DNA of 64,000 bases from Atractiella rhizophila (Eukaryota), in assembly GCA_021432655.1 (NCBI GenBank), contig MU271402.1, positions 1-64,000 on the forward strand, in the 5' to 3' direction. Numbering within the stretch: position 1 is the stretch's first letter; every line of letters begins with the position of its first letter. The position numbers and the translations under genes are program-made. The notes beneath the pieces are model-generated. The model had not been told where the DNA came from. It did no database searches and saw only the letters and a list, made by a program, of their open reading frames with translations. Below, piece after piece: positions 1 through 13,729 of this stretch.

Positions 1-54
1 TTCTCCCGCGTCCCATTCTCCACCAGACAAAAATACAATTAAACGACCAGGAAC

Positions 55-1454
55 ATGCCTGCAGAGTCTCTTAACATCTCACTCACAGTGCCTCCCTCGA
101 AGCCTGGCGCAGGAGAGAAAGAAGCACCGACATCCACAAACTCGAAGGACGCGGGGGAAATGCCTCCTCCACCCCCTCCATTGCAGCAACGCGTCGTGCA
201 ACCGCACCCGAAGCTCAATATCGAGACTCCGAGAGGCGGGAGGACCACATTTCGCCCACCCTCCTCAAACGCCAAGGTAGGGTTTCCGCGAAAGATGCCT
301 GGAAAAGACGCGTCGGCTCGTCATCCTTCGAACAAGAAGGAACTCGTGAGGACGCTTTCTAGGCAGAACATGTTGGGACTTCCTATCGACGGAACGGACA
401 ACTGCGCCGATGTCGGAGGACGTGTTCTCGTTGGGTCAACTTTGGCTGATGGGTTCGAGGGGGTTGGATTAACGCCGTTTGGCAGAGGAGAGAATCAGGA
501 ACCGGTATCATTTGTGAAGCAAAGTGGAAGTCTGGAGATCATCCCTCCTCCTTCGGCGGTTGTTCTTGCAAGGGACGGGGAAGAGGATGAGCTAAGGGAC
601 GAGGGAACCGGTTTTGGTTCGTCTTTCTCAATTTCTCATACATTAGGACATTGCTGATTATGCTTAGTTGAAGTAGAAAGACCCATATCGGTTGCGCCTA
701 AACGACCTTTCGTGTCCACCAACATTGTCATGAATGAGGAAGGATTCTCATTCTCCCCACCCTCCTACGTCCAGATCCATCAAACACCTTCCAAGCGAGT
801 CAAGGTCTGTCTCCTCTCGCACCATCGTTGCCACATATAGTCCTACTTCAAGAATTCCTCGCTTCTAACAAATGTCTACAGAGGCAACACCCGTACGAAT
901 CTACCCACGAACATGCCATAGGAATGGATGTCCGACAGCTTCCCTCACCTGTCTCGTCTCACGGACACGGTCAACCTCAATCCCACGCTCGTACCTCCTC
1001 GCGACACGGCTCTCGCGCGCCATCACGTCTTGGCCTTCCGAATGCCACCAGGATGGAGAGCAGGGAGAGCGGGTCGCCTCTTGTTCCTGTGGGATATCAG
1101 CAGCCACATCATCAGCAAGAGAACCACCGACAGCAGGGAGATCGAGAACGAAGCGACCAATCCTTTTTCCCAGCTCCCCTCCCCTATTGTACTCTTCCTG
1201 TCTCGTCTCTAGCCGCGCTGCAATCCCAGTACCCCTCAAGCATGAGCGAAGCAGCCTGGGCGGAGAAGGGGGAGGAGATCATGCGTCGATTTGCTGGATT
1301 GGGAGAGAAGGTAAAAAAGCGCAGTGGAAAAGGAAGAAGGACAGGAGGGAGAGGTATGACACGAGATTGGGGCGTGGAAGGAGGAATTGGTGAGAAGGGA
1401 AGCAGTTATTGGTTGCCAGCGAGAGGGGTTTGTGGGAGTGGGGAAAGGAGGTGA
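55..1454 (+). CDS. Hypothetical, largely disordered Pro/Ser/Gln-rich protein (about 3 exons)
   Basis: ORFs 55-657 and 828-1454 can be joined through GT..AG introns at ~617-667 and ~805-840. No recognisable domain. Confidence 0.55.
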
Positions 1455-1849
1455 GCGGCGTGAATGGAGTGAAGCAGGTTGAATAAAGCCTGAAGTGAGT
1501 GACCAACAAGTTTGAAGTCAATCCATCCACATGAAGACCAAATTAATACAGTATCATCAACAATATGTACTCAAGCTATGATCAAACGACAAAGTGAAAT
1601 TATCATTATTCCACCGCCTTTCGATTTATATGAAGTGTTGGTTGGATTGGTTCTTCTTTCCAGCCCTTATGCCTTATTTCTGCTGATATCAAGTTTACCC
1701 CAAACCACCAGAAATCGACTAATAGTGCCACGATGATTTGACATCGATCATAAAAGTACTGTAAGAATTGACTACATTTCCTATACACAATTCAAGTTTT
1801 ACAAGCTTTGATTTTAATTGTCCCTAAACAATAATCCGATCGGTTTCCA

Positions 1850-2724
1850 TCAATCAAGCACCTGAGCCCCATGCCCCAAGGAGACAATGGGTCTCTTCCT
1901 CACCCATTTCGGAGTCTCGAACTCATCCAAGGCGAAGGCGGCAAAAGCCTTCCTGCTGAGGTGTACACCTGGGCCTTTTCCTGCATAGCCAGCAATGTAG
2001 GACTTGTCGTCAGAGCTTGTGAGCAACGGCACACGGATTATCGTCCAGTCCAGATCTTTATGTGATTCGAACGTTCTGCCGATGGCTAGGATGTCTGAGT
2101 AGGCGTGTGGAGCACCTGTGCGAACTCTGCCAGATTCACAATCAGTTTCTTTTCGTCAGCCGGTAGGAGGCCAAGAAAAATTGGGACGCTGGACGAACCC
2201 AAGAATTAGAGCTTTATATCTTAAATCCACACCATCCTCCTCATCCGGAATGCTGATAGTTCCCAGCGAAATAAACCGTTTACAACCCTTCTTCATCGCT
2301 TCCTGTATAAAATTTTCATAGCCATGGGCTAGAGGATCGCCTTTAGGGTGTATCCCGAAGACCGGAGGTCCCAGAGCAGAGATGACGGCCTCTATCCCCC
2401 CCTCGATATCGAAAGCGCTCGCAATCGACTCCACATTGTCCAATTCACCCTTGACGACCTTGATACGTGGATGGGCGAGAAGGTCGTGTGAGAGCTTCTC
2501 TGGCGAACGAGCGTAGACCACAACTGCTATCATGAAGGAACGATCAGATCCTGCTGAGCTGTGGAAGAGGTGACAAACTGGTTATGGCTGCTCGGGAGAG
2601 ACTTTCGCGGATCAAACAGTGACCCGCTGGTCCTGTAGAGCCTTTCTCGAGCGCATTTCTTTCAGCTCCTTTTGGTATGATACCTCACAATAGACGACTG
2701 ACCCAGATAAATAACATTTACCAT
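1850..2724 (-). CDS. NAD(P)-binding Rossmann-fold protein (NmrA-like / biliverdin-reductase-B-like)
   Basis: Spliced N-terminus MVNVIYLG-STGPAG, followed by VVYARSPEKL, VVKGEL, AVISALGP, KRFISLGT and C-terminal LSRKAFAAF...W. Confidence 0.8.
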
Positions 2725-3786
2725 CCTTTCCTCAAGTTACAAGCTTCGAATCGACTACTTCAGAACTGAAATATTTTGCTGAAGACTAATCTGTCCAGGC
2801 ACAACAAACCAAGAGAGAAGAGGGCTGAGGATGACGTAAACCTTATCACACTAACCCGTGATTCTGCCAAAAAAATCTGAGCAGCTCGTCGCAACTTCTG
2901 CGTGATTATGCATATGGTAGTTATTGGCGAAGAGAGACATTCGCCTTTCACTGTCTATATCTTTAGCTCCCAGCTTCCATCAATCGCTGTGACATTTCCA
3001 AGTTGTAAAGATGGGCAGCCAGTATTTCTATTTCTGAGAATTCATTCTTGACAGGAAGGACACTCCAAGGATCATCTTCACTTTCCATCTGATCAAGATA
3101 ATCAACTGCCCTTGAAAGATTAGAGATGCTACAGCAAGCAGCGTGGACTTGCAGGTACTTTGATTCGGTAGCTCCAGTTGGGATTTGAGAGTTAAGTCGA
3201 ATCGATGGAGGAAGAAAGGGGATACCCCTCTAAACGAGGCCTTTATCTTCTGCTCTGATATTGTAAGCGTTGGACTCCCCCTCAAACAATCATGGTCAAT
3301 GAAAATCGAGTATACGCAGACACTTACTGTCGGCTGCAGCTCAGTCAGGGCTCGTCAGCAGTCAGATGAATAATAAAATGGCACACATTCCAACTGATCA
3401 TAGAGAGTGATGACAACACTTGCAGATAGTGGAACGTAAAGGACTGCTTGAGAAGTTGTATGCGAAGAAAGATGCAATGATCAAGCATGTACTAATCTAC
3501 ACCGTGGGACTGACTGAACTACCTACTACTAGTACTGGACTCAAGTTCGATGATCATCGAAACAATTGACTGACTTTTCAGCCAGCCTTCGATTAACGAT
3601 CAAGAAAGAAAAAAGGGTAAATACTGAGTAAAAATCAATGAAGAGCTGCACTCGAATGGGAATGGACGGAAACGATTCAGCATGAAATGAAAATAAGTAA
3701 TGAGATGGATGATGGCTTGATTCTCTCTCTAACGGAAATGGCAAGTAATTTACTCCGCCTCTACTTGCTGCTCACCAAGCGCCAAA

Positions 3787-5717
3787 TCAAATACTTTGAC
3801 CAAAACGATTGTTCAAGCTTCCGCATCTCCAAGATCTTCTGCGAACTGTTACAATGTACTTAGCTCTGAAGTATGTCTCAAACAAAAAGGAAAGACGTAC
3901 AGCCTCCGTCGCCTTAACGCAATGCACCGTTTTCCTCTCCTCATCAATGGCCAATGCGACTCTCATAGTCAAAGCCACATCCTCCACAGAACCCACGACA
4001 AAGCGTTCCGTCACGGCGGCCACCAACGCGCCGAGGACCATCGCCTCCCACGTTGTGGCCACCGCGTAGGCAATGCCAGCTCCAGCACCAGAAACGAGGG
4101 GAGTGAGTCCCGAAATATTACCCTGTCTCCTCGTCATCCTCAGCCTCGAACTTTTCGCCACGCTTTCCGTCCACCCCATCCCTGTAAGTGACGCATACAC
4201 GACAGCGCGCTCGCTCATCCCCTCCAATCTGCTCGCTAGTGGCGCGAGACAGTTCAGTGGTAGGGCTAGGATGCCGAATGGCAGGGGGAGGAGACGGGAG
4301 GCGCGGGAGAGTGTGACCAGGCGGCGGAGGGTGAAAGAGACCAACCCGAACACGGCGAGGAGAAGGGACGCACGAGAGATTGTTCCGAGGGAAGATGACA
4401 GAGTACGGTTGAGGGTGAGGGAAACGAGTGTATACGGTGGCGGATGTGTCGGTTCATGACTTCAATGTACAAGTTGGTTAGAAGCAACGTGGAATGAGCA
4501 AGGAGCGAATACGTACCGGTTGAAAAACCACCCTCCAACAACTCCACCTGCCACACTCCTCCTCACCTGCACCAAGAAACCAGTGATCCAAGCCCAACTG
4601 ATTGCTTTCCAAAGGCTGCCAAGCGTGGGGGAGAAGTGAAAAGTGGTCGTGGGGAGGGAACTGAGGAGAGGAAGCGTATTGAATAGTAAGAGGAGGGCAA
4701 GAACAGCGTCAAAGGCAATAAGTGGTGGATGGAGGGTCAGTACCTCTGTACTAAGGCTCAAAATGCGTGATGTCCGCTTCGCGTCCTTAAGTGCACGATA
4801 CGCCAGCAAAGATTGTATACCCCCTGCCCCTAATAGCAGTACTCCTACCATCAACGAATAGCCCAATACTGCTATCCCAGCGAGTATAAGTACGCTCGGG
4901 ATGATGAAGGGCAACACGAGAAGGAGTGAGGTTCTCAACAAAGCCAGGACTGCAGCACTGAGAACGAGAGCTATAGGTCCAAGGATTGTCAGATGACCCG
5001 GAGGATGAGAAAAGGTCGAAGTGAGCAAGAAAGCGAAGCTGTTCAGGGCGAACAGAGGGAAGAAAATTGTGTCCTGTGCCTCAGGTTCTAGGAGTGTCGG
5101 AGGAGGAGGGAGGGCTGAGGGGCGAGGGAAGACGTTGGGCCGTCCTTTCCCTTTCCCCTTAGTCTCTCGGGATAGTGCGCCTGATTCAGCCGGCGTGTTG
5201 GAAGGAGAGGATGTGACTAAGGGCTCATTGAGCGGATGCGGTGGAGGGAGATTCGCAGGTGAAGAGAAAAAGTTTGGCGGGGAGAGATCCAGAGATTCGT
5301 CTAGGGGAACTTGCGCGAATGATGTGGATGCGGTTTGGGATTGCGAAGCTGAGTGAAGTGTCGGATAATGCGAGTAATAAAGAGTCTCTCCTTCCTCTTC
5401 TGCGCATCCACCATCCAGAAACAACATTCAACAACCTGTGTTAAAGGCAATGGGATATGCGTACCATCAGACTCCTCAGCGTGATTGTCACGTCCAGAAG
5501 GGGAAGCGTTCCAACCTGCACTCTGAAAGATGCTCTTCCTCAAGCGATCTAAGGTCATACCCTCCCCTTTCCCCTTCCCATTCCCGCCTTCAAGCTCACC
5601 ACTCTCCTCCAAGTCCCCAGCCTCTGATCCTTCTGGTGGGTCAGAATAAAAGAGAGGCGCTTCATTATTCGCTGTGGATGTGGGTAGGAATCCCTCTGCG
5701 TACCGAGAGAAGTTCAT
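3787..5717 (-). CDS. Choline transporter-like (CTL/Pns1, SLC44) family membrane protein
   Basis: N-terminus MNFSRYAEGFL...PLFYS, many hydrophobic segments, VAGGVVGGWFF, ERAVVYASLTG and LAIDEE motifs. Multi-exon; exact 3' end uncertain. Confidence 0.75.
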
Positions 5718-6127
5718 ATTTCGTTAAGCGTGAGTTGGTCGTTGACAATGTAGTGTCCAGTCATTGGTCCCATTTCATTTACAGTCGGGCGGAAATGCAA
5801 TGTCAATGTCAAGTTATGTTCGGATCGAAGAGATTATCAGTATTCGAAGACAAGAGTTATTCTGTTTCTTTTCTGTTCGCACAAGCATACACACCATGTC
5901 TTGACAAAGTTTTCAGCCCAGCATGGCGCCGTATTTGTCACGGAGAGAGTGGCAGATTGTTGCACAATGAAAATCTCGTTCAATTTGCACAATCCCAGGA
6001 CGAAGCTTTGACAGAAAATCACGAAACTGAAATTTACGGCGGCATTGGACCTAACTTGATTACAAATGTGGTATATTTCCGTCTATCCACAATGCAAATG
6101 AGGTAACTTGCAAAGATTGAACTGTCT

Positions 6128-8926
6128 TCAAAGCTTCTTGTGTGAACTTTCGCTGAAGGGTATTCCCGCGAGATACTCGGATCCAACGCAAGCTAACATG
6201 AGATCAGAATCGTGTGGTAAAGGGGTAAACGAATGCGCATACCGGTGCAAGTGAGGAGATGGTTCGGATCATACCGTTTCTGTACCATTATCAGCCGACT
6301 GCCAGAAAGCAAAAAGTAGTGCATGCCTTGATCTTGAGAAGCTTCGCATAGTTAGCTGCGTTACCCCAATAGTTGAGTGGCCATTCAGAGTCGTCCGGTG
6401 AGCTTTCGTTGATGTACGCATCATGCGTTCCAATGATATCTGTCAGTTTGTCAAGCAGCTCGATTCCTTGTCCTCTGACTTCAGTCTGTTCATCTTTTGA
6501 TGCTGCCTTGCTCCATGTCGATGTCCTGAAAAGGATCAGCATTCTTATTCAGTCGACGATGGAGGAAAGCCTACCAAATAAGGTGACCAAGGGCTTCTCG
6601 CCATGCCTACAGCAATATGAGTCAGACGTGCAATACTTTCCATCGACCACGAAATCGTACGGGGTTCAAAGCCATATCTCCAGGCTTGATGGTCGCCGTA
6701 TATCCACCAGGCACTATCGAAAGCTCTTCAGGTATCCTTAATACAGATCGAAAATCGTCGCACCGTTCAAAAAGTTCCATAAAGACAAGTCACCGATGAA
6801 GTCTGCAACTTCAGCAACCAACGACTCGTTCTTATAGAGATCAGCATGGAGAAGTCTGGATACGAAATGAGCATGAAGGCGGTAACACTCAGTTGCCAGT
6901 GACGAACCTTGAATTGTAAGTGGCGGTCTGCTCAGAATCATTAGCGTATGAAGGATAATGTGGGTCAGTGAGGCTCACATCAACAGGGAAGGTGTGCTCG
7001 TTAGCGAAAAACTCGAGGGTACTGGCACGGTATTGAGATTCGTATGTTTTCCAGACAGTTGCGAAGACGATGCCAGATTTCGCGGCGAAGTCCCTCAGTG
7101 GTTTGTAGGCAGCAGCGTCGTCGGCGATTGGGTCAGAAGCTGTACCTTGCTTCAGAAAAAGGAATACAGAACAGAGTTACGGCGCACAATTGGGTTTGAA
7201 AGCAGTTCCGATGATGGTTCCGGTCAAACTGACTCCAATAGCCTATGACCCCCAGTCAACTGCATTTCCTCCTGCATCACCGACATACAACGTCACTCCA
7301 ACCATTTGCTCTCATTTCCTGTGCCATCAAAGAGCTGAATAACAGCAGGAAAATTTGAGATATACGCACGGGTTGAGAGAGCATGAGAGCGGCAATAGCG
7401 CCTTTGTACGCGGTTTCACCCAAGCCTTCCACGACGAAGTTGGAAACAAGCTCATTCTGAACAGCTGGATATGTCTTGAAAGTCCAGGAGGTACTAGAAC
7501 ACGATAAGCTGATGTGGTTAGGGTCATCCTTAAGAAGACAAACATGACCTGTAACACTACGTCAGCTGAAACATGCGAGGAATGAAGGAGGACATACACC
7601 AAGCCCAGCTCCGCCACCACCTCGAAGCAAGACTAAGCCTTTGTGCCATCAAGAAATTGATTCACTTACGAACAGCCCACCACAGATCTGCCGACACCCA
7701 TTGAGTGGAATACGAAAGGAAAGAAAAGAAAGGCGGACCAGTGTTCTGCTTTTCGTTGACAGTCATAAGCTGTCCGGTAGGTGTTACGATCTCAAACTCG
7801 AGGAGGTTGTCAACCCCCAAGCCATAATGGACAGAGTAGCGACTAAAATATTGTCAAGAGGGACCAATGCTTGGACAGCAGAACTGACGAGTGACCACCA
7901 CCCTGAGCCAGAATATGATAAGCATATTCGATACTTTCTAGGCTAATGTAACGTACTAAAGCCCATCCCGAGACGCTGACGCTGTCACATCCTCCACCAA
8001 TAACCACTACATTCTGCTCGTTGGCTGCCGCGTATAGATCTTTCGGTAGTGGTCAATGGGATAGTTGCAACGACCAAAGTGGATACGCACCGATAAACTG
8101 GACGCCGGCACCAACAGTTACAGCAGGACCTGAAACAACATTAAACAACTTAGAGGAAGGTATGAGACCCACCCTTCTTGATGGAAGTCCCAGTGAGCTG
8201 GAAGTTGTTGGTAAAGGAGATGTCCTGCATTTTGTGGACGTTGATTCCTACAGCAAAACGTCCAAATATTTCCTAGCGAGCTCGAATGTGAAGCGTACCG
8301 AAAGCACCCTTTGCGGAAGCACCTGCTTTTTATCAACCAAGTGCTCTTTAACCGACAGCCCAATCTAAACCTACCTCCAGTGAAAGAATGGCCAGTGCTC
8401 TTGACTCTCGTTCGCAGGTTGTGCTTCGCAGCAAAGAGGATGGACTGCCTCACGTCCTCTGCAGTTTCAACGAGAGACATGACAGGAGGAACCTATGCCG
8501 TAATAATTCTCGCTCAACAGAGGCGCATATTCAATCTTGAGAAGGAAGACATACGCGGCCCTGTCCACAAGGAGTGAGGAGATTGGTATCAATGTAGCAA
8601 GAATCATTCCCATATCCATCTCCAAAAGCATGGTTAACGTAGGCTCCCGGGTACTTGGAAATTTCAGAGCCAGTAGACCAGGCGAGCGCTCTCGCTGTGC
8701 AGGCAAGGGGGTCAGTGTGCCCTCCAGAGAGATGACAAACGTCTCCCGCAGGAGTGACGAGCGCTAGGCGACCGTTGATGGTGTTGTTGAGAGATTGCCA
8801 TTCAGCCTCTGACGGCCAGCAGGTGTCTCCATATCCACATTGGCTGTCTTCAGCTTCTCGAATCTGGAAGGCGTAAGAGAGGGAGATTAGGAGGGAGAGA
8901 AGTGGTAATGAACGTGGAGAGATCAT
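6128..8926 (-). CDS. Secreted FAD-linked oxidoreductase (berberine bridge enzyme-like, FAD_binding_4 + BBE)
   Basis: Signal-like MISPRSLPLLSLLISLSYA, then DTCWPS..EWQSLNNTINGRL, FAAKHNL..RVKSTGH, GGGH, YGLGVDNLLEFEIVT, DLWWAVR-GGG, and C-terminal AYINE...YWG..NYAKLLKIK..YDP. Many small exons. Confidence 0.9.
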
Positions 8927-11900
8927 TTGGGAGTAGAACGAAGGTGTCACTGAATACTGCACGAAACAGATAAAGGACAGCTCGTCGACGAGACGAGGGA
9001 CGGCTTTATGCACACAATTTGCAGTGGGTCGCGGATTCGATGGACAGAAGGAAAACCTCTGCTCCTGATGCGTGCCTCCCACTCCGGGATAGGATCAACG
9101 TGAAAGAGTTGGTCTAGAGCATTATGGTCCATCATGGAAGGAGCTAGATCGCCTCGCCTTTCTCTCTGCATTGAGTTCACATGCACACAATACCCGACTC
9201 GGTGCTTGTTATGTCCGTCTCGGTCTTTTCAACTGAAGTTGATCGTCAGATCATCAGCCAGTCAAGAGATTAAGAGATTCAAGGTATACGTATGCTAAGT
9301 TTTCCAAAGCTCCTGCAACAACGCTAAGAGCTACTACTTAAAGGTCTTAAAGGAACGCGAATCCGACTCAATGATAGACTGCTTACCACTACGATACAGC
9401 ATCTCTAGCATCCACTGAGAGTAAGCTTTCACTCGAATCAAACCGATTGCACCCCTTTCAGAAGGAAGTCAAAGCATATTTATTTGGGTATCTTATTTGG
9501 TAGGAACCAGCAAAATACTTTTCATTCCGTGAATATGGGGGTTACCGCGGAAAATAAAACAGAGAGGATATGTCACAGAACTACATCATGGTGTCCTTGA
9601 AATATGAAGGAACATTGGAGGTAGCCAAGTCTCATAGTAGACATGAGCAACTGTCTTCAATGAGGCAGTGGTAAACGCACCTTATTGGCACGGCCAAGGA
9701 GGAGGAACAGAAGGTGATAGAGAAGAGTTGAGAAGAATTGTACGAAATCACTACTTTCAGAACGAGTTTTGTGGGTAGGACATTCGCATCAAGCTCAATA
9801 AAATCTGAATTCATCATCCAGTGCATCTGAATTCTGCTGATGTTGTTCCCTCAGAGTCATCAGTTCGTTCAGCCTTCCTGATCGTTTGAATAACCTGGAA
9901 TACGCCCCACAACCCAACTTTGACAGCGATTTCCTCCCAGTAGCGCTGCCGTTTGTGGGGGTCACGAAACAAAGCCACCAAGAAAACAATGTGAACATAA
10001 TCTTTAGGATTCCAACCAGCACATCCCAACCAGCCCAAAGGGTCATACCTACCGCTTAATGAGCTCCCTCCTATTTCCATAACATATTTTGAACATCCAT
10101 TATCGAAATTAATCGAATTATCATCTATTGTGCAAAGTGGCTTCGGTTGATCGAGACCTCGACATTAGGGTTAGGGTTCCCTCCAGCTTCGTTGCTACTT
10201 GGATTGTTTCCCAACAACAAATCAAAAATCACGAGTAGTCACGGTCACGAACGCGTTGATGCTGACGGGAGAATGCTGGACGGATGTGAAAGATGCAGCA
10301 GGATGGGGTGTAGGCTTATGGTGCAGGAACCACCGTAGGTTTTCTTGGAGACGGACGTGGACAGAGGCTCCTAGGATGCGCAAATGAACCCGGGCAGAGT
10401 GTGCAATGGCGCCATCTCAGGTTCGCCATTCCATTCTCTATCATTTCTCGTTGTTTTGGTGTTGCGCGTTGGTTCATGGTGCCCTTAATCCTTCAGCTGT
10501 TGACCCAAGTTTGCCGGGAGTTTACTTCAATTTTTCCTGGCAAAGCGCAAGCTCACGTCTTGCGCGGAATGCTTATTAACTTCCTCTGGCCGAAAATCAG
10601 TGTGCTATTTGCACCCACGCAGTGAATGTTCTTCATGGAACACGCACTCTATCTCTTCGATCATTCCAGAAATGCAAAGGGAAACTACTGTTCCGTCAGA
10701 GCCACTCTGAATGTTCGCCTTCAAGGCAGGGCATTGAGATGCACGAAAAGGGAAATGGACGTCCGACTTGCGAAAGTCTAAGGTGCAAGTGGCCGAAAAA
10801 CCGAAACCTAACTTCCCTCATTCTGAGTTAGTGGGTATTGACGCTTACGCTTCCACAGGGGAGCAGGTCCATGACCTCTACAGCACATGCACGAGATGCG
10901 ATGTGTTGGGGTGCCAACATTACATCGGGTTGATAGGTCATTTAGGCTGCCTGTCCGTAAGAAGCCGAGAAAAATGGCGTGATCACGCAAAGCAGGCATC
11001 AAGGGACTCCTTGAAAGTCCAACAATTGTCTCCTTGAACTCCTTGAAAGTCCAGTGAAGCCAAAAAAAAAAATGGCACAATCACGTAAAGCAGGCGCGGG
11101 GCGAGACAATCCAGAGATAGTCGCTTCATTCGCCCGACTGTTGCAAAGTGCGAAGGCAAAGCTGGGCACAGGTCCCTGCTTGCCAATCATGCATTTGTCA
11201 TTGAAGTGTCCAATTTTCCTTCTCAATTGTCCGGACCGGCTGCTTTCCAACCGGACATCACACTTTTGACGTTTCATCAGCGATCTAACGGGTCCAAAGG
11301 TTTCCAAGGATCTTGTTGGGGACACAAACTCGCAAGTTCTACAGCCGGGAAAGTACTTGATGAATGCACAAACCGCACAATCCGTCAGGTGCAGGGCAGA
11401 CAGGAGGCCAATTGCAAACTCTCTGCGTTGCGGCCTTTTCTCTTTCTCCTGAGTCCACAATAAAGATAAAGACTCTTTGTATGACCACGGAAAACGCAGG
11501 TACGGGACGGAGACTCCTACGCAAGGGTTTCCCTTGCCTCCTTTCTGCCTTCTGAGAGCTTCATGGTTCTCACCTTGATTACTTCCTGGTTTTGGAATCT
11601 GGTTCGATTCGATGCGCAAATCGCGAAGAAGCGGTGTTGCCAGGTGTTGCAATTTTGGCTCCACCGGGTTAGAGAGCCCACGGTTTTGGGTGCCTCTCTC
11701 CTGTCAATTCCGGTTGTTGGCACATGTCAGCTCCAGTAGACAGTGTCCGTTTGTGTGGCTCACTCGTTCCCGCTCCCTGCGCCATTCAAAATGAAAATCA
11801 TGTTTAGCCACATTGCTGTTCTTGGTCAAGAAATAAAAGCTAACAGTACTCTCCCGGAGTGGGCCTGTGTGGGTGGAATTGACGTTCCTCGAACATTGTC

Positions 11901-12168
11901 TGTGTCCAGTCTGTTCAGTGAGCTGTCATTGTGAAGCCAGAACTGCGCATATGTTCTCACTCTGATAGATTTCCACATCTGACATTCCCTTCCTTACGGA
12001 CTGAGGAGGGTCTTGGAGCTTCCGACGGGGCGTACCCTCCTTTGTTCATACCCACATTTGTACTGGGAGAGATTATAAGATCTCCTCGTGCAACTGGTTC
12101 GCACCTCTCGCTCGAGGTTTCTCAGCCCATTTGCTTGCTTCGATACTTCCAAACAACAAGCATCCAAC

Positions 12169-12623
12169 ATGAAGACTTCTTGCCGCTGCACTTCTAATTG
12201 TGGTCAGTCATTTAATGATCCCATAATTCCTGACTCCTGACGTTATTTCGAACAGCTTGCCCTTCATCCAGTCGCCTGCCGTGCAGCGATCTCCGCACCC
12301 CAAATTCCTCATCATCAACCCCGCCAGCGATCCTATCTCCTATCTCACCAAGCGTTGATGCCCTTGCTGCTCTCCCCTCCCCTACTTCTTCAGAGAGCTC
12401 TCTCTTTCCTACTGGCCTTTCCGAACAGCCGAACGATCCGAACCGCAGTCATGACCAGTCGAACCCGCAGGACTTGCTATCATCAAGTACGCTCTTCAGT
12501 TGTTTAACGTTGTGGAGGTTGATGTTTCTACGAGTAGTAAAGCAAGCATATGAAGGAGTGCAGAGGCAAGAGGAAGAGACACACGTCCTTGATTTCATGA
12601 GCTGCTTCGAATTCCAGCGTTAG
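12169..12623 (+). CDS. Small spliced protein (~116-133 aa) with N-terminal CxC-x3-CxC motif
   Basis: ATG at 12169, intron 12203-12255 (GTCAGT...CTGAC...AACAG), open frame to TAG at 12621-12623. An optional in-frame 51-nt intron lies at ~12487-12537. TATA-like TATAAGA ~95 nt upstream. Confidence 0.55.
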
Positions 12624-13729
12624 CGACTCGGATGAGTTGAGCAGAGCAAATGAAAGAGATTGGATTTCGCATTTCGTCCATAAGAGATTACAGCATGTTT
12701 AAGATTAAGAATTATGTGTGCAAATCCATAGCCTTCAAACCAGTTTTCTCATGCGTCTGGCGCCAATTGTTGTATATACCACTTTGCAATTGCACATCGG
12801 CCTGACTCACTTTCATGCATGTCGAAAATTGTCTGATGACATAACACCTCCTTGAGAGTTGGAAGCCTCAGGTCTTGCAGTTTGCCCCTCACTGAAGCAG
12901 GGTCTAAATGACTCGCCGCCAGCCCGACTTTCTCCCATATCTGCTACGTCGAATTCTCGAAGGCAGTTTTGAACAACTAAATGATGGCTTCGTTACCATG
13001 GAACAAGCGTTTAGGCAGGAGCACAGAGTGTTTTTGAATAATTTGAGACTGAAGAAGGATGGTGAGGTGAGAATTCAATCATGTGCTAGATGGAGCGATT
13101 TGGTGTTGTGGTTTCTGGCCGAAGGCATCTGTTTTGGTGCTTCATCATCTTGGTGTCCCAAGGTAGTCTATGCAAGACTAGTAGTGTGTGTTTATTGGCC
13201 AGAGTTACAAGATGAACGCAAACAGCTTGAGGCTAGCCAAAGCACTCTAGGTGCTGGTACATGAATGTGAGCTTTTATGGAGTCAAGAAGACTTCGCACA
13301 TATGCACTTCTTGGAGTGATGATACTTGGTCAGTGCTCAATATAATTGTGACAAGTATGAATACAAAGGAGTTCCACATGAAGCACAAGACATGGTATGT
13401 TTCTGTAATGTTTTAATGCGCAACTTCTTGGATTTGGGATTTTTGAATATGTCTCCCTTTGAACGATTAGAACGCATATCCTATTAAAACACTGCTTTTC
13501 AATCCAGCACATGTGTTCTACTGTATGTAAGAACGCAGTCATATGAAGAATGGACATTTTGTTGATTTCCAATGTTGCGCAAGGAACACTTGGAGACTGA
13601 CCCTCAGTGTAGTTCCTGGACCATCTTCCCACACGCTTCCCCCTCTCTGTCGACAGTGGCACTCTTGGTCGACTGTACGTAACGATACCGAAGAGTGGCA
13701 ATGGTGCTATTATCTTCACAGCAACGCGC

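Noticed and set aside
9632..10080. Overlapping short minus-strand ORFs suggesting a frameshifted relic
   Set aside because: No recognisable domain or consistent splice model.
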